Positions 18,003 to 28,496 of a DNA stretch of 64,000 bases are shown piece by piece. Position 1 is the first letter of the stretch, and every line of letters starts with the position of its first letter. Under the pieces are notes generated by a model. That model saw only the letters and a list, made by a program, of their open reading frames with translations. It was not told the origin of the DNA and did not search any database. A program made the position numbers and the translations under genes. Origin of the DNA: an uncultured Pelagibacteraceae bacterium (GTDB taxonomy: Bacteria; Pseudomonadota; Alphaproteobacteria; Pelagibacterales; Pelagibacteraceae). The stretch is taken from contig CACOPK010000005.1 in assembly GCA_902629075.1 (NCBI GenBank), forward strand, positions 2,104 to 66,103, in the 5' to 3' direction.

Positions 18003-20568
18003 TTACCTAATACAAATTTTAATAAAAATATTATTTTTATTATATTTAAGTTGCTACACTGCAATAGCAAATGATGTTGTTATTGATGCAAAAGAAGTAA
18101 ATATTTTAGAAAAAGGTAATATAATTGAGGCAGTAGGATCAGTCATAATAAAAGATAATAATAATATTAAAATTACAGGCGATAATGCAAAATATAACAA
18201 GTTAGAACAAGTATTAGAAATTACTGGAAACGTAAAATACATTGATACATTAAAAAATATAAATCTCAAAAGTAATAAAATTCTTTTTTATAGAGATTTA
18301 AAAAAAATATATTCTTTTGATAATACTGAAATTAATCTATTTGATGAAAATTATGATCAAGTTATTTTAAATGCAAAAGCTAAAAATTCTTTTATCGATC
18401 AAAACAAATTAATTTTTGAATTAAATGAAAATGTAATTATAAAAGATTATTTAAATGAATATGAGGTATCTTCCGAAAAAATTTTATATAATCAGTTATT
18501 AGGTACAATTATTAGCGCTAGTGAAACGAAAATAAATTATCAAAACAACTTTAAAATATTAACGAAAAATATAAGTTTTGATAAAAATAAAAGAATTTTT
18601 ATAAGTAATGAACCAACAAATATTAAAGATGGTTTTGGGAATATATTTTTATTAGATAGCTTTCATTTTAATTTAAATGAAAAAATTTTAAAGGCAAAAA
18701 ATATTAAATTATCAGATAAAGAAAATAATGAACTAGTAATTAAAAATAGCTTTGTAGATTTAAAATCAAACGAAATAATTGGTTCAGATTTTAAGTTTAA
18801 ATTTAATAAAAATACATTTGGTAACAATGAAAATGACCCAAGACTATTTGGAAGATATATTTTGAACAATAAAAATGAAGCAATTATTAAAAAAGGAGTT
18901 TTTACCACATGTAAAAATTTAAAAGACAAATGTCCAACATGGTCTATTTCAGCAAATGAGGTTAAACACGATAAAAATAAAAAAAGAATAGAATATAAAC
19001 AGGCCTGGGTAGATATATATGATGTTCCTGTTGCATATTTCCCATTTTTTTTTCACCCAGACCCAACGGTAGAAAGACAATCAGGATTTCTTTTTCCTCA
19101 ATTTGTTAATAGTAGTAACTTAGGATTTTCAACTCAAATACCTTATTTCAAAGCTTTAGATCATAATAAAGATATGACAATTTCTCCAAGAATATATTCA
19201 GATAATAACCTGTTTCTTCAAACAGAATATCGGCAAGCTTTTAAAAATTCAAAACTTATTACTGATTTTAGTTATAATAAAAAAAATAGTTCAAATTCTC
19301 ATTTTTTTACCTCTCTAACTTCTAATTATGAAGACTCGTTTTTGGAAATGAAATTAGAAAGTGTTTCAAATAAAAATTACTTAAAAAAATATCAAATAAA
19401 ATCACCAATAATAAATAGTTATAGTGTTTTAAATTCCAGATTGGCTTTTGAGGAGTATTCTGATGATTACTCCTTCTCTACAGAAATCAATGTTATGGAA
19501 GATCTTACAAAGGAAGATAATGATAGATTCGAATTCAGTTTACCAAATTATAATTTTAACAAAGAAACAGTTTTAAATAATAATTTATTCCATACATTAA
19601 ATTTTAGATCTAAGGGCGATTATAGAAAATATAATACCAATGTAGATGAAGTAAATATAGTTAATGATTTTATATTTGCATCAAAAGATAATCAAAGTTT
19701 AGATAATCTAGATAAAGATTTTAAATTTTTATTACGAAATGTGAATACATATGGTGATCAATCAGACACTTATAAAGAAGGAGAAGACTATAAAATATTA
19801 GGTTCTGCAATGCTTAATCTTAAATATCCAATGATAAAACAATCTAAGTTTAATAAGAACTTTCTAACACCATCTGTTTCTTTTAGATATAGTCCATCTA
19901 AAGGAGCGAATTTAAAGAATGAAAAAGTTATAATTTCTTATCAGGATTTATATAAAGTTGATAGAGTTACTGGCGATTCAATAGAACATGGTCCTTCTGC
20001 TACATTAGGTTTGGAATACAAAAATATAAATAAAGCAAATTTAGAGAGATTAAATTTTGGTATAGGTATAAATATAAGGAACAGTGTTGATGAAGATCTT
20101 CCAGAAAGCTCAAGTTTAGGGAAGAAAACTTCAGATTTAATTGGTTACTCAGGTATAAATATCACTGAAAATTTTTCTATGGGCTATGATTTTTTAATTG
20201 ATGAAAATTTGAGTGAAACAAATTATAGTTTAGCATCAGCGGAATATAGAGGAAATAAATTTAAAACTAGATTTGAGTATCTGGAAAAAAGTAATTTTGT
20301 TGGTGATGAAAGTTATTTAAACAACTCAACAGATTATATAATTGATAAATCAAACTCTTTATCTTTTGAGACAAATAAAAATTTAGATAAAAATTTAACT
20401 AATTATTATAATTTAATTTACAAGTATAAAAATGACTGTTTAGAAGCCTCATTAATTTATAACAAACAATTTTATAAAGAAGATGACGTAAATTCTAATA
20501 AAAATATTTTCTTTAAAATTTCATTTATTCCATTTGGCTCAGTCAATACTCCAAATTTAAATGATTAA
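17992..20568 (+). CDS. lptD: LPS assembly outer membrane protein LptD
   Basis: OstA-like N-terminal region, FTTC..CPTW, PFFFHPDPTVERQSGFL, YKNDC near the C-terminus. Confidence 0.9.
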   Translation: MKNNYLIQILIKILFLLYLSCYTAIANDVVIDAKEVNILEKGNIIEAVGSVIIKDNNNIKITGDNAKYNKLEQVLEITGNVKYIDTLKNINLKSNKILFYRDLKKIYSFDNTEINLFDENYDQVILNAKAKNSFIDQNKLIFELNENVIIKDYLNEYEVSSEKILYNQLLGTIISASETKINYQNNFKILTKNISFDKNKRIFISNEPTNIKDGFGNIFLLDSFHFNLNEKILKAKNIKLSDKENNELVIKNSFVDLKSNEIIGSDFKFKFNKNTFGNNENDPRLFGRYILNNKNEAIIKKGVFTTCKNLKDKCPTWSISANEVKHDKNKKRIEYKQAWVDIYDVPVAYFPFFFHPDPTVERQSGFLFPQFVNSSNLGFSTQIPYFKALDHNKDMTISPRIYSDNNLFLQTEYRQAFKNSKLITDFSYNKKNSSNSHFFTSLTSNYEDSFLEMKLESVSNKNYLKKYQIKSPIINSYSVLNSRLAFEEYSDDYSFSTEINVMEDLTKEDNDRFEFSLPNYNFNKETVLNNNLFHTLNFRSKGDYRKYNTNVDEVNIVNDFIFASKDNQSLDNLDKDFKFLLRNVNTYGDQSDTYKEGEDYKILGSAMLNLKYPMIKQSKFNKNFLTPSVSFRYSPSKGANLKNEKVIISYQDLYKVDRVTGDSIEHGPSATLGLEYKNINKANLERLNFGIGINIRNSVDEDLPESSSLGKKTSDLIGYSGINITENFSMGYDFLIDENLSETNYSLASAEYRGNKFKTRFEYLEKSNFVGDESYLNNSTDYIIDKSNSLSFETNKNLDKNLTNYYNLIYKYKNDCLEASLIYNKQFYKEDDVNSNKNIFFKISFIPFGSVNTPNLND

Positions 20569-21487
20569 TTCTTTTTTTAAAAAATTTTTTTCAATTTTAG
20601 TATTATTTTTCATAACTGAAAATTTATCTTATTCTAAAATAGATTTAAAAATTTTATTTAAAATAAATGATGAAATCATTACAAATATTGACCTAAATAA
20701 TGAAGAAAAATTTTTAATTTTATTAAATCCAAAATTAATAAATTTATCTAAATCACAAATTAGAGATATTGCAGAAAATTCAGTAATTAATAGGAAAATT
20801 AAAGAAATTGAATTACTCAAATATATAGACTTAAATCAAGAAAATTTAGGAGATGAGTATATTTCCAACTTTATTAATCAATCAAATTTTATCAATAAAA
20901 ATCATTTAATTGATGAAATAAAAAAAAATAATTTAGAATTTAAATATTTAGAAAAAAATTTTGTAATTGACAATTTATGGAGAGAATTTGTATTTAATAA
21001 ATTTAGTGAACAAGTTAAAGTTGATATAGATAATCTAAAAAAACAAGTACAAGATAAGAAAAACGAAGTAGAAGAAATAAATTTAAGTGAGATTTTATTT
21101 GAAGTTTTTCCTAATAGCAATCTAGAACAAAGTGTAAATAAAATCTATTCAGAAATAGAGCGATCAGGCTTTGAAGCTGCTGCAACTATGTACAGTATAT
21201 CGAGTAGTAAAAACTTTGGTGGTAAATTAGGTTGGGTAAAGTCTAATCAACTTTCTGAAAAAATATATTTAGAAATTAGCAAAGGAAAAGACTTAACTTC
21301 GCCAATAAATACAGGTAGTGGATATCTTATAATTAAAGTTAATGAAAAAAGAAAATCTTTTGAAAAAATAGATTTTGATAGGGAGCTTAAAAAATTAGTT
21401 AGCCTAGAAACAGAAAAGGAATTAAATAAATTAGGATATATATATTTTAATAAGATAAAAAAAAGAACATTTATTAATGAAAATTAA
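20561..21487 (+). CDS. surA: SurA-like periplasmic chaperone/parvulin PPIase
   Basis: INDEIITN, FEAAATMYS..GGKLGW; lptD-surA-pdxA-rsmA order. Confidence 0.85.
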   Translation: MINSFFKKFFSILVLFFITENLSYSKIDLKILFKINDEIITNIDLNNEEKFLILLNPKLINLSKSQIRDIAENSVINRKIKEIELLKYIDLNQENLGDEYISNFINQSNFINKNHLIDEIKKNNLEFKYLEKNFVIDNLWREFVFNKFSEQVKVDIDNLKKQVQDKKNEVEEINLSEILFEVFPNSNLEQSVNKIYSEIERSGFEAAATMYSISSSKNFGGKLGWVKSNQLSEKIYLEISKGKDLTSPINTGSGYLIIKVNEKRKSFEKIDFDRELKKLVSLETEKELNKLGYIYFNKIKKRTFINEN

Positions 21488-22466
21488 AAAGCCGATAATA
21501 ATTATTTTAGGTGAGCCAAATAGTGTTTTTACCGAAATTTTGTCTAAAGTTTTAAATAAATCATCAATAAAAAAGAAAATAAATTATCCAATAATTATTG
21601 TTGGTTCGAAAAATTTGATTTTATCACAATTAAAAAAATTAAAAAAAAAATTAAATTTTACTGTTATTGATATAAAATTTCTTAAAAATAATATATTGAA
21701 AAATAAAATATATTTAATCGACAAAAAATATAATTTTAAATATCCATTTGAGCCAATTTCAATAAAATCTAAAAGCTATTTGACTGAATGCTTCAAAGAA
21801 GGTTTGAAATTATTAAATTTAAATATCAGTAATATTATAATTAATGGGCCAATATCAAAAAAGCATTTTTTACAAAAGAAACATCCAGGAATCACTGAGT
21901 ATATTTTTGATAAATCCAAAAAAAAAATTTCAAAAAATCCAGTTATGTTAATTTATAATAAAAAATTTTCTGTTTCTCCTTTAACAACACATATACCTTT
22001 AAAAGACGTTTATAAAAAGATTAATAAACAAACTATCATTGACAACGTTTCAACAATTTTTAATTTCTATAAAAGCAAAATTGGAAAAAATCCTAAAATA
22101 GCTATTCTTGGACTAAATCCACACTGCGAGACACAATCAAAAAATAATGAAGAGTTAAAAATTATCATACCTGCTATAAAAAATTTAAAAAAGAAAAATA
22201 TAAAAGTATATGGTCCATTTTCTGCAGATACATTTTTTTCAAAAAAAAATATTTCAACATATGACTCAATTATTGGAATGTATCATGATCAAGTTTTAAC
22301 TCCCTTTAAAACAATATTTAGTTTCGAGGCATCAAATATAACATTAGGACTTCCTTTTTTGAGAATGTCTGTCGATCATGGTCCAAATGAAACTATGATT
22401 GGAAAAAATAAATCTAACCCTAAATCTTTAGAGGAAATTTTGAAATTTGTTTATTCTATAAAATGA
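21477..22466 (+). CDS. pdxA: 4-hydroxythreonine-4-phosphate dehydrogenase
   Basis: GEPNS, TTHIPL, GLNPH, GPFSADT, MYHDQ, SVDHG. Confidence 0.9.
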   Translation: MKIKKPIIIILGEPNSVFTEILSKVLNKSSIKKKINYPIIIVGSKNLILSQLKKLKKKLNFTVIDIKFLKNNILKNKIYLIDKKYNFKYPFEPISIKSKSYLTECFKEGLKLLNLNISNIIINGPISKKHFLQKKHPGITEYIFDKSKKKISKNPVMLIYNKKFSVSPLTTHIPLKDVYKKINKQTIIDNVSTIFNFYKSKIGKNPKIAILGLNPHCETQSKNNEELKIIIPAIKNLKKKNIKVYGPFSADTFFSKKNISTYDSIIGMYHDQVLTPFKTIFSFEASNITLGLPFLRMSVDHGPNETMIGKNKSNPKSLEEILKFVYSIK

Positions 22467-23254
22467 AGATTTTTCCAAAAAAATCACTTGGACAAAATTT
22501 TCTTTTAAATAAAGAGATAATAAAAAAAATTGTTGAAATTGCAGAAATAAAAAAAGATAGCAATATTATTGAGATTGGACCTGGTACAGGAAATCTGACA
22601 TTAGAAATAATTAAAAGAAAATATGATGAATTTATTGCTATAGAAAAAGATAAAAATTTATTTTTGAACCTTAAAAAAAATTTCAAATCAAATATTGAAC
22701 TAATTAATGAAGATGTATTAAAAATAAATTGGGAAAGTTTTGCTGAAAAGAAATATATAGTTTTTGGAAATTTGCCCTATAATATTTCTGCAAAATTACT
22801 TGTAAATTGGATAAGATTAAATAATTTAGATAAATTATTTGAAAAATTTATCTTAATGTTTCAAAAAGAAGTTGCCGATAGGATTGTTGCTAAAACAAAT
22901 TCTAACAAATATGGTAGATTATCAATTTTAACTGATTGGAAAATGTCAGCTAAAAAAATTATGGATATAGAACCTGAAAATTTTTTTCCCAGGCCGAAGG
23001 TAAAAAGTTCACTATTATTAATAGAGCCAAAAATTAAATATTTTAACTTTGAGAACCATAAAAATTTAGAAAAAGTGACAGATATTTTTTTTCAAAACAG
23101 AAGAAAAATGATCAAAAAACCATTAAATATTTTATTTAATGACTCAAAAAAAGTAATTAGTAAATTAAACTTAGATGAAAAGAGTAGACCTCAAAATCTT
23201 AATCCTTTAACGTTTTTTGAAATATCTAAAGAATATGAAAATGAATTGAGTTAA
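22463..23254 (+). CDS. rsmA: 16S rRNA dimethyltransferase KsgA
   Basis: [36 protein letters not shown]. Confidence 0.97.
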   Translation: MKIFPKKSLGQNFLLNKEIIKKIVEIAEIKKDSNIIEIGPGTGNLTLEIIKRKYDEFIAIEKDKNLFLNLKKNFKSNIELINEDVLKINWESFAEKKYIVFGNLPYNISAKLLVNWIRLNNLDKLFEKFILMFQKEVADRIVAKTNSNKYGRLSILTDWKMSAKKIMDIEPENFFPRPKVKSSLLLIEPKIKYFNFENHKNLEKVTDIFFQNRRKMIKKPLNILFNDSKKVISKLNLDEKSRPQNLNPLTFFEISKEYENELS

Positions 23255-23865
23255 ATTAATTTTTCAAGATGTTTTTTTATAAATTTTTGATCGTATTTAA
23301 TTGTATTATCTAAATAACCAATTATTTCATTATAGCATTTGTTTAAATCTTCATTAACTACCACAAAATCGTAATCTATCCAGTGTAATACATCTTTATC
23401 GAACTGCTTCATTCTCATTTGAATAATTTCCTCTTTAGTTTCTCCTCTTGAAATCAATCTTTGCAAAAGTATTTCTTTTGATGGTGGCAATATAAAAAAA
23501 GAAATAAGTTCGAAATTCAATGTTTGGTTTTTTATCTGCTGAGCTCCTTGCCAATCAATATCAAATAAAACATTATAACCATTCTTTAAGTTTTTAAATA
23601 CTTCATCTTTCGTAGATCCATATAAATTTTCAAATACATTTGCATATTCTAAAAAAGCATTTTCATTTATTAATTCTTGAAAATTTTTTTGTGATATAAA
23701 ATTGTAATCGATTCCGTCTATTTCATTGGTTCGTGGTTCTCTTGTAGTGTGAGAGATTGAGATCTTAAAATTTTTTTCTTTTGAAATTTTTTTTACTAAA
23801 GTTGTCTTTCCCGCCCCAGACGGTGATGATAGGATTATCATTTTGCCGTCTTTGGATGATAACAT
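23251..23865 (-). CDS. gmk: Guanylate kinase
   Basis: [28 protein letters not shown]. Confidence 0.97.
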   Translation of the reverse strand: MLSSKDGKMIILSSPSGAGKTTLVKKISKEKNFKISISHTTREPRTNEIDGIDYNFISQKNFQELINENAFLEYANVFENLYGSTKDEVFKNLKNGYNVLFDIDWQGAQQIKNQTLNFELISFFILPPSKEILLQRLISRGETKEEIIQMRMKQFDKDVLHWIDYDFVVVNEDLNKCYNEIIGYLDNTIKYDQKFIKKHLEKLI

Positions 23866-23871
23866 TAAATT

Positions 23872-24111
23872 CTAATTAGCTTTACTCTCTATAAATTTTA
23901 CTGCATCACCTACAGTTAAAATTTTCTCAGCTTCACTATCAGAAATTTCAGATCCAAATTCTTCTTCGAAAGCCATTACTAATTCAACTGTATCTAAACT
24001 GTCAGCCCCTAGATCGTCAATAAAACTTGACTCCTCTGTAACCTTAGCTTCTTCAATGCCTAGGTGGTCAGCTACAATTTTTTTTACTTTACTTGAAATA
24101 TCATCTGCCAT
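23872..24111 (-). CDS. acpP: Acyl carrier protein
   Basis: [20 protein letters not shown]. Confidence 0.98.
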   Translation of the reverse strand: MADDISSKVKKIVADHLGIEEAKVTEESSFIDDLGADSLDTVELVMAFEEEFGSEISDSEAEKILTVGDAVKFIESKAN

Positions 24112-24156
24112 GGTAATTTTCCTTTTTAAGCTTTAATAGTTATTTACATATGTTTG

Positions 24157-24894
24157 TCAACTAAAATACATACCTCCATTCACATGAATTGTTTCTCCAG
24201 TAATATAATTAGATAGGTCTGAGCACAAAAAGGCTGTGCAATCCGCTATATCTTGTGGTGTACCAAATCTATCTAAAGGTATTTTTGATTTTAATTGATT
24301 CTTATATTCCTCATTAATTTTTTGTGTCATGGCTGTATCTATAAAACCTGGAGCTATACAGTTTACAGTTATATTTTTTTTTGCATATTCTAAAGATAAA
24401 CTTTTAGACATAGATAAGACTCCTCCTTTTGAAGCAGAATAATTTGCTTGTCCTATGTTTCCTGTATGTCCAACAACAGATGTTATATTGATGATTTTAC
24501 CAAATTTTTTTTTTAACATTTTTTTTATAGCATATTTGGAAAGGAGAAAAGTTGATGTTAAATTGATATTTATTACTTTATTCCACTCATCTTCATTCAT
24601 TCTTATAGTTAAGTTATCTTTTGTAATTCCAGCATTATTAATTAGAACATCTATTTTATCACCCAATTCATCATTACATTTATTTATAAAATCCTCTAGT
24701 TGATTATGTACGGATATGTCTTGCTTTATAGAAATTATATTTTTATTTTTAGATTTTAATTCTTCAAGTTTTTTATCATTTGTGCCTGTTACAACTATTT
24801 TTGCCTTTAAGGATACTAAAGTATCAACAATAGAGTTACCTATTCCACCTGTAGCTCCTGTTAAAATTATATTTTTATTTTCTAAATTAATCAT
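24157..24894 (-). CDS. fabG: 3-oxoacyl-ACP reductase
   Basis: TGATGGIG, NNAGITKD, GQANYSASK, GETIHVNGGM. Confidence 0.95.
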   Translation of the reverse strand: MINLENKNIILTGATGGIGNSIVDTLVSLKAKIVVTGTNDKKLEELKSKNKNIISIKQDISVHNQLEDFINKCNDELGDKIDVLINNAGITKDNLTIRMNEDEWNKVININLTSTFLLSKYAIKKMLKKKFGKIINITSVVGHTGNIGQANYSASKGGVLSMSKSLSLEYAKKNITVNCIAPGFIDTAMTQKINEEYKNQLKSKIPLDRFGTPQDIADCTAFLCSDLSNYITGETIHVNGGMYFS

Positions 24895-25817
24895 TTACTT
24901 ATATCTTCAATATCCTCAAGTGTGTCAATATTCAACACTTTTACATCCTTATTTATTCTTTTAATTAGACCAGATAATACTTTCCCTGGTCCAATTTCTA
25001 TAAAAGTTTTTGTTCCATTTGAGATCATATATTCAACACTCTCTCTCCATCTAACTGGGCTTTCTATTTGTTTGATTAATAATTTGTTAATATCTTCATT
25101 AGTTTTATATTCTTGTGCTGTAACGTTAGAAACTACTTTATAAATTGGATTGTTAAACTTCTGTTTATTAATAATTTTTTCCATTTTTAAAGTTGCAGAA
25201 TTCATCAATTCGCAATGAAATGGGGCACTTACTGGAAGTTTAATATTTTTAAATTTTTTTTCTTTTAATATTAATCCAAATTTATCTAATTGATCATTTC
25301 TGCCACTTAAAATTAATTGACCATTGGAATTATCATTAGCAAGAAAACATTTAATTGTACCTTCACTTTCATTTAATAATTTTTGTATTTCTTTTATTTC
25401 TACACCTAAAACAGCCAACATTCCCCCTTCTCCTGTTGGTAAAGCCGAATGCATGGCCTCTCCTCTATTTTTAAGTAATATTAGGCCTTGTTCAAATGTG
25501 AGAGAATTTGCAGTTGTTAAAGCCGTATACTCTCCAAGTGAATGACCTGCTAGGTAAATAAATTTATTATTAAAAAAATTTGTTTCATTTTTTAACACAT
25601 TGCATATTATATAGCCGATTAAATAAATTGCTGGCTGCGTATAAATAGTTTGATTTAGTTTTTCCTGTGGGCCGTTTAAAATTAAGTCTGAAATTTTATA
25701 ACCTAATATATCATCGGCCTTAGCAAACAAATGCTTAACATATTCATATTTATTATATAAATCAGATCCCATACCAACTTTCTGAGATCCTTGTCCTGGG
25801 AATACTAGCGAAATCAT
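24891..25817 (-). CDS. fabD: Malonyl-CoA:ACP transacylase
   Basis: FPGQGSQ, GHSLGEY, VSAPFH, EIGPGKVL. Confidence 0.97.
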   Translation of the reverse strand: MISLVFPGQGSQKVGMGSDLYNKYEYVKHLFAKADDILGYKISDLILNGPQEKLNQTIYTQPAIYLIGYIICNVLKNETNFFNNKFIYLAGHSLGEYTALTTANSLTFEQGLILLKNRGEAMHSALPTGEGGMLAVLGVEIKEIQKLLNESEGTIKCFLANDNSNGQLILSGRNDQLDKFGLILKEKKFKNIKLPVSAPFHCELMNSATLKMEKIINKQKFNNPIYKVVSNVTAQEYKTNEDINKLLIKQIESPVRWRESVEYMISNGTKTFIEIGPGKVLSGLIKRINKDVKVLNIDTLEDIEDISK

Positions 25818-25840
25818 TATAAATTTTAATTATTTTTATG

Positions 25841-25869
25841 TTGTAATTAAAATTTTATAATAGTATATC
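25841..25869 (+). promoter_or_regulatory. Putative sigma70 promoter of the rpsF operon
   Basis: TTGTAA-17 nt-TATATC ending 17 nt before the rpsF ATG. Confidence 0.4.
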
Positions 25870-25886
25870 CTGCTTTTTTTTAAACA

Positions 25887-26249
25887 ATGAATTTTTACGA
25901 ACATACTATTATTGCTAGACAAGATATCAGTCCCTCCCAACTTAAACAAGTTGAGGATAAATATAAAAAAATTATAGAAAAGAATGATGGAAATTTGTTA
26001 AAGACTGAAAAATGGGGTTTGATGAATATGACTTATCTTATTAAAAATAACAGAAAAGGGAATTACATTCATTTTAAAATTGAGGGAAATGGGAATACTA
26101 TTTCTGAATTAGAAAAAAGTGAAAAAATAGATAAAAATTTATTAAGATTTTTAACAATTAAAGTCAAAAAAATAGATTTAGAAACAAATTATTTTGAAAA
26201 ATATAACGACGATAAAGAAACTAGAGAGGAAAGAAAAACTAGATATTAA
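25887..26249 (+). CDS. rpsF: 30S ribosomal protein S6
   Basis: YEHTIIARQD, WG..Y.IK..RKG.Y; rpsF-rpsR-rplI order. Confidence 0.95.
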   Translation: MNFYEHTIIARQDISPSQLKQVEDKYKKIIEKNDGNLLKTEKWGLMNMTYLIKNNRKGNYIHFKIEGNGNTISELEKSEKIDKNLLRFLTIKVKKIDLETNYFEKYNDDKETREERKTRY

Positions 26250-26254
26250 TTTAG

Positions 26255-26524
26255 ATGAAAAACAGAAAATTTAAAAAAAAAGGTAATACCAGCAGCTTTG
26301 CAAAACTAAGCATATTTCAGAACCAAAAATTTAAATTTAAAAAAAAATGTCCTTTATCCGGAAAAGGCGCTCCAACAATTGATTATAAAAATATTAGACT
26401 TTTAAAGAAGTATACCTCTGAAAATGGTAAAATACTTCCATCAAGAATTACTTCTGTTAGTTTAAAAAAACAAAGAGAATTATCTTTATCTATTAAGAGA
26501 GCTAGAAATTTAGCTTTAATATAA
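26255..26524 (+). CDS. rpsR: 30S ribosomal protein S18
   Basis: [27 protein letters not shown]. Confidence 0.97.
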   Translation: MKNRKFKKKGNTSSFAKLSIFQNQKFKFKKKCPLSGKGAPTIDYKNIRLLKKYTSENGKILPSRITSVSLKKQRELSLSIKRARNLALI

Positions 26525-26532
26525 CACAAATT

Positions 26533-26991
26533 ATGAAGGTAGTATTATTAGAAAATTTAAGAAAACTTGGAAACATTGGTGAAATCATCAATGTTAAAAG
26601 AGGTTATGCAAGAAACTTTCTGATACCACAAAAAAAAGCTTTATTTGCATCCGAAAAAAATATTAAGGAAGTTGATAAAATCAAATCAGATTTAAGTCAA
26701 AAAGATCTAGAAAAGAAAAAACTCGCCAAAGGAATTGCTGAAAAATTAAAAAATAAGACAATTGAAATTAAAAAACTTATTACGGAAAATAAAGAATTAT
26801 ATGGTTCGGTAAAACCAACTGAAATTTCAAAAATACTTAAAGAAATAGAAAATATTGATTTAAGCTCATCATTAATTCAACCTGTCACTGAAATAAAGTC
26901 AATTGGTGAATTTAAAGTAGTATTAAATTTACACTCAGAGATAGAGTGCTTCATTAAGATTAGGGTTGTTCCAGAAGAACAGGTAAAATAG
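26533..26991 (+). CDS. rplI: 50S ribosomal protein L9
   Basis: MKVVLL..LG..G..VKRGYARNFLIP, LYGSV. Confidence 0.97.
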   Translation: MKVVLLENLRKLGNIGEIINVKRGYARNFLIPQKKALFASEKNIKEVDKIKSDLSQKDLEKKKLAKGIAEKLKNKTIEIKKLITENKELYGSVKPTEISKILKEIENIDLSSSLIQPVTEIKSIGEFKVVLNLHSEIECFIKIRVVPEEQVK

Positions 26992-27057
26992 TTATACAAT
27001 TTTTTCCCCATAATAAATATCAGTTGTTTAGTAAATTAAACTGAATTATTTTTAATC

Positions 27058-28470
27058 ATGGAAAAATTAAATTTAGTTAAAACAAATTTTGATCAACTAC
27101 CAAATAATATTGAGGCAGAACAAGCGGTACTGGGATCTATTTTAGTTTCTAATGAAATATTTGATGATATATCTCCAATTATAAATAGTGGTAATTTTTT
27201 TGATCCAATGCATCAAAAAATTTTTTCAGCAATAGAGAAACTAATTTTTGGTGGAATGCTGGCAAATCCTATTACACTTAAAAATCTTTTTGAAAACGAA
27301 AAAGATGATTTAGATATTCCAGATTATTTAATCAAAATAACTAAGTTTGCATCATCCTCAAGACAGACTGTTGAATATTCAAAATTAATTTATGATTTAT
27401 TTGTTAAAAGAGAATTAATTAAAATTTCTGAAAACTTGACTTACACTGCAAAATCTAATGATTTAAATAAAGATGGAAAAACAATAATCGAAGATACAGA
27501 AAAAACTTTATTTGATTTAGCTGAAAAAGGTAATTTCAGTTCATCATTAATTAAATTTGATGAAGCAATGAGACAAACCATTGAAATGGCATCTAGCGCA
27601 TATAAAAATGAAGAAGGAATTGTGGGTGTGCCTACAGGCCTAACTGATTTAGATAACAGACTTGGAGGGCTTCATAAATCAGATTTAATTATAATCGCAG
27701 GTAGGCCCTCTATGGGTAAAACTGCATTAGCAACTAATATTGCTTTTAATGCTGCTAGAAAAATCCAGGATGATGGAAAAAAATCAAGTATAGCATTTTT
27801 TTCATTAGAAATGTCGTCAGAACAATTATCTACAAGAATTATATCTGAACAGTCCAGAATAAAGTCAAATGATATTAGAAGAGGAAAAATTTCAGAAGAA
27901 CAATTTGATAAATTTATAGAGACCTCAAAAAATATTTCAGAATTACCTTTGTATATTGACGAAACTCCAGCTATATCAATTGCTGCCTTAAGCAATAGAG
28001 CAAGAAGAATTAAAAGACTGTTTGGTTTAGACCTAGTTGTAATTGATTATATTCAATTAATGAGAGCTAACAATGCTAGAGAAGGTAGGGTTCAAGAAAT
28101 TTCTGAAATTACTCAAGGACTTAAAGCGCTGGCTAAAGAACTAAGTGTTCCAGTCTTAGCATTATCACAATTATCTAGAGCTGTAGAACAAAGAGATGAT
28201 AAAAAACCTCAACTATCAGATTTGAGAGAGTCTGGATCGATAGAACAAGATGCTGATGTTGTAATGTTTGTTTTTAGAGAAGCATATTATTTACAAAATA
28301 AAGAACCAAGGCCTGCAACAGTTGAACACGCTGAATGGCAAGCAAAAATGAATGAACTTTCACATTTGGCTGAGTTAATAATTCAAAAACAAAGACACGG
28401 TCCTACAGGTACAGTTATGCTTGAATTTGAAGCAATGTTTACTAAATTTAAAGATCTTCAAAATTCTTAA
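27058..28470 (+). CDS. dnaB: Replicative DNA helicase
   Basis: NIEAEQAVLG, AGRPSMGKT, FSLEMS, IDYIQLM, LSQLSR, DLRESGSIEQDAD. Confidence 0.98.
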   Translation: MEKLNLVKTNFDQLPNNIEAEQAVLGSILVSNEIFDDISPIINSGNFFDPMHQKIFSAIEKLIFGGMLANPITLKNLFENEKDDLDIPDYLIKITKFASSSRQTVEYSKLIYDLFVKRELIKISENLTYTAKSNDLNKDGKTIIEDTEKTLFDLAEKGNFSSSLIKFDEAMRQTIEMASSAYKNEEGIVGVPTGLTDLDNRLGGLHKSDLIIIAGRPSMGKTALATNIAFNAARKIQDDGKKSSIAFFSLEMSSEQLSTRIISEQSRIKSNDIRRGKISEEQFDKFIETSKNISELPLYIDETPAISIAALSNRARRIKRLFGLDLVVIDYIQLMRANNAREGRVQEISEITQGLKALAKELSVPVLALSQLSRAVEQRDDKKPQLSDLRESGSIEQDADVVMFVFREAYYLQNKEPRPATVEHAEWQAKMNELSHLAELIIQKQRHGPTGTVMLEFEAMFTKFKDLQNS

Positions 28471-28496
28471 TTATAAATATATAAAGCTAATAAAAC

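Noticed and set aside
26992-27057. DnaA-box-like 9-mers and a weak hairpin upstream of dnaB
   Set aside because: Two or more mismatches to TTATCCACA and a weak stem; not distinguishable from background.
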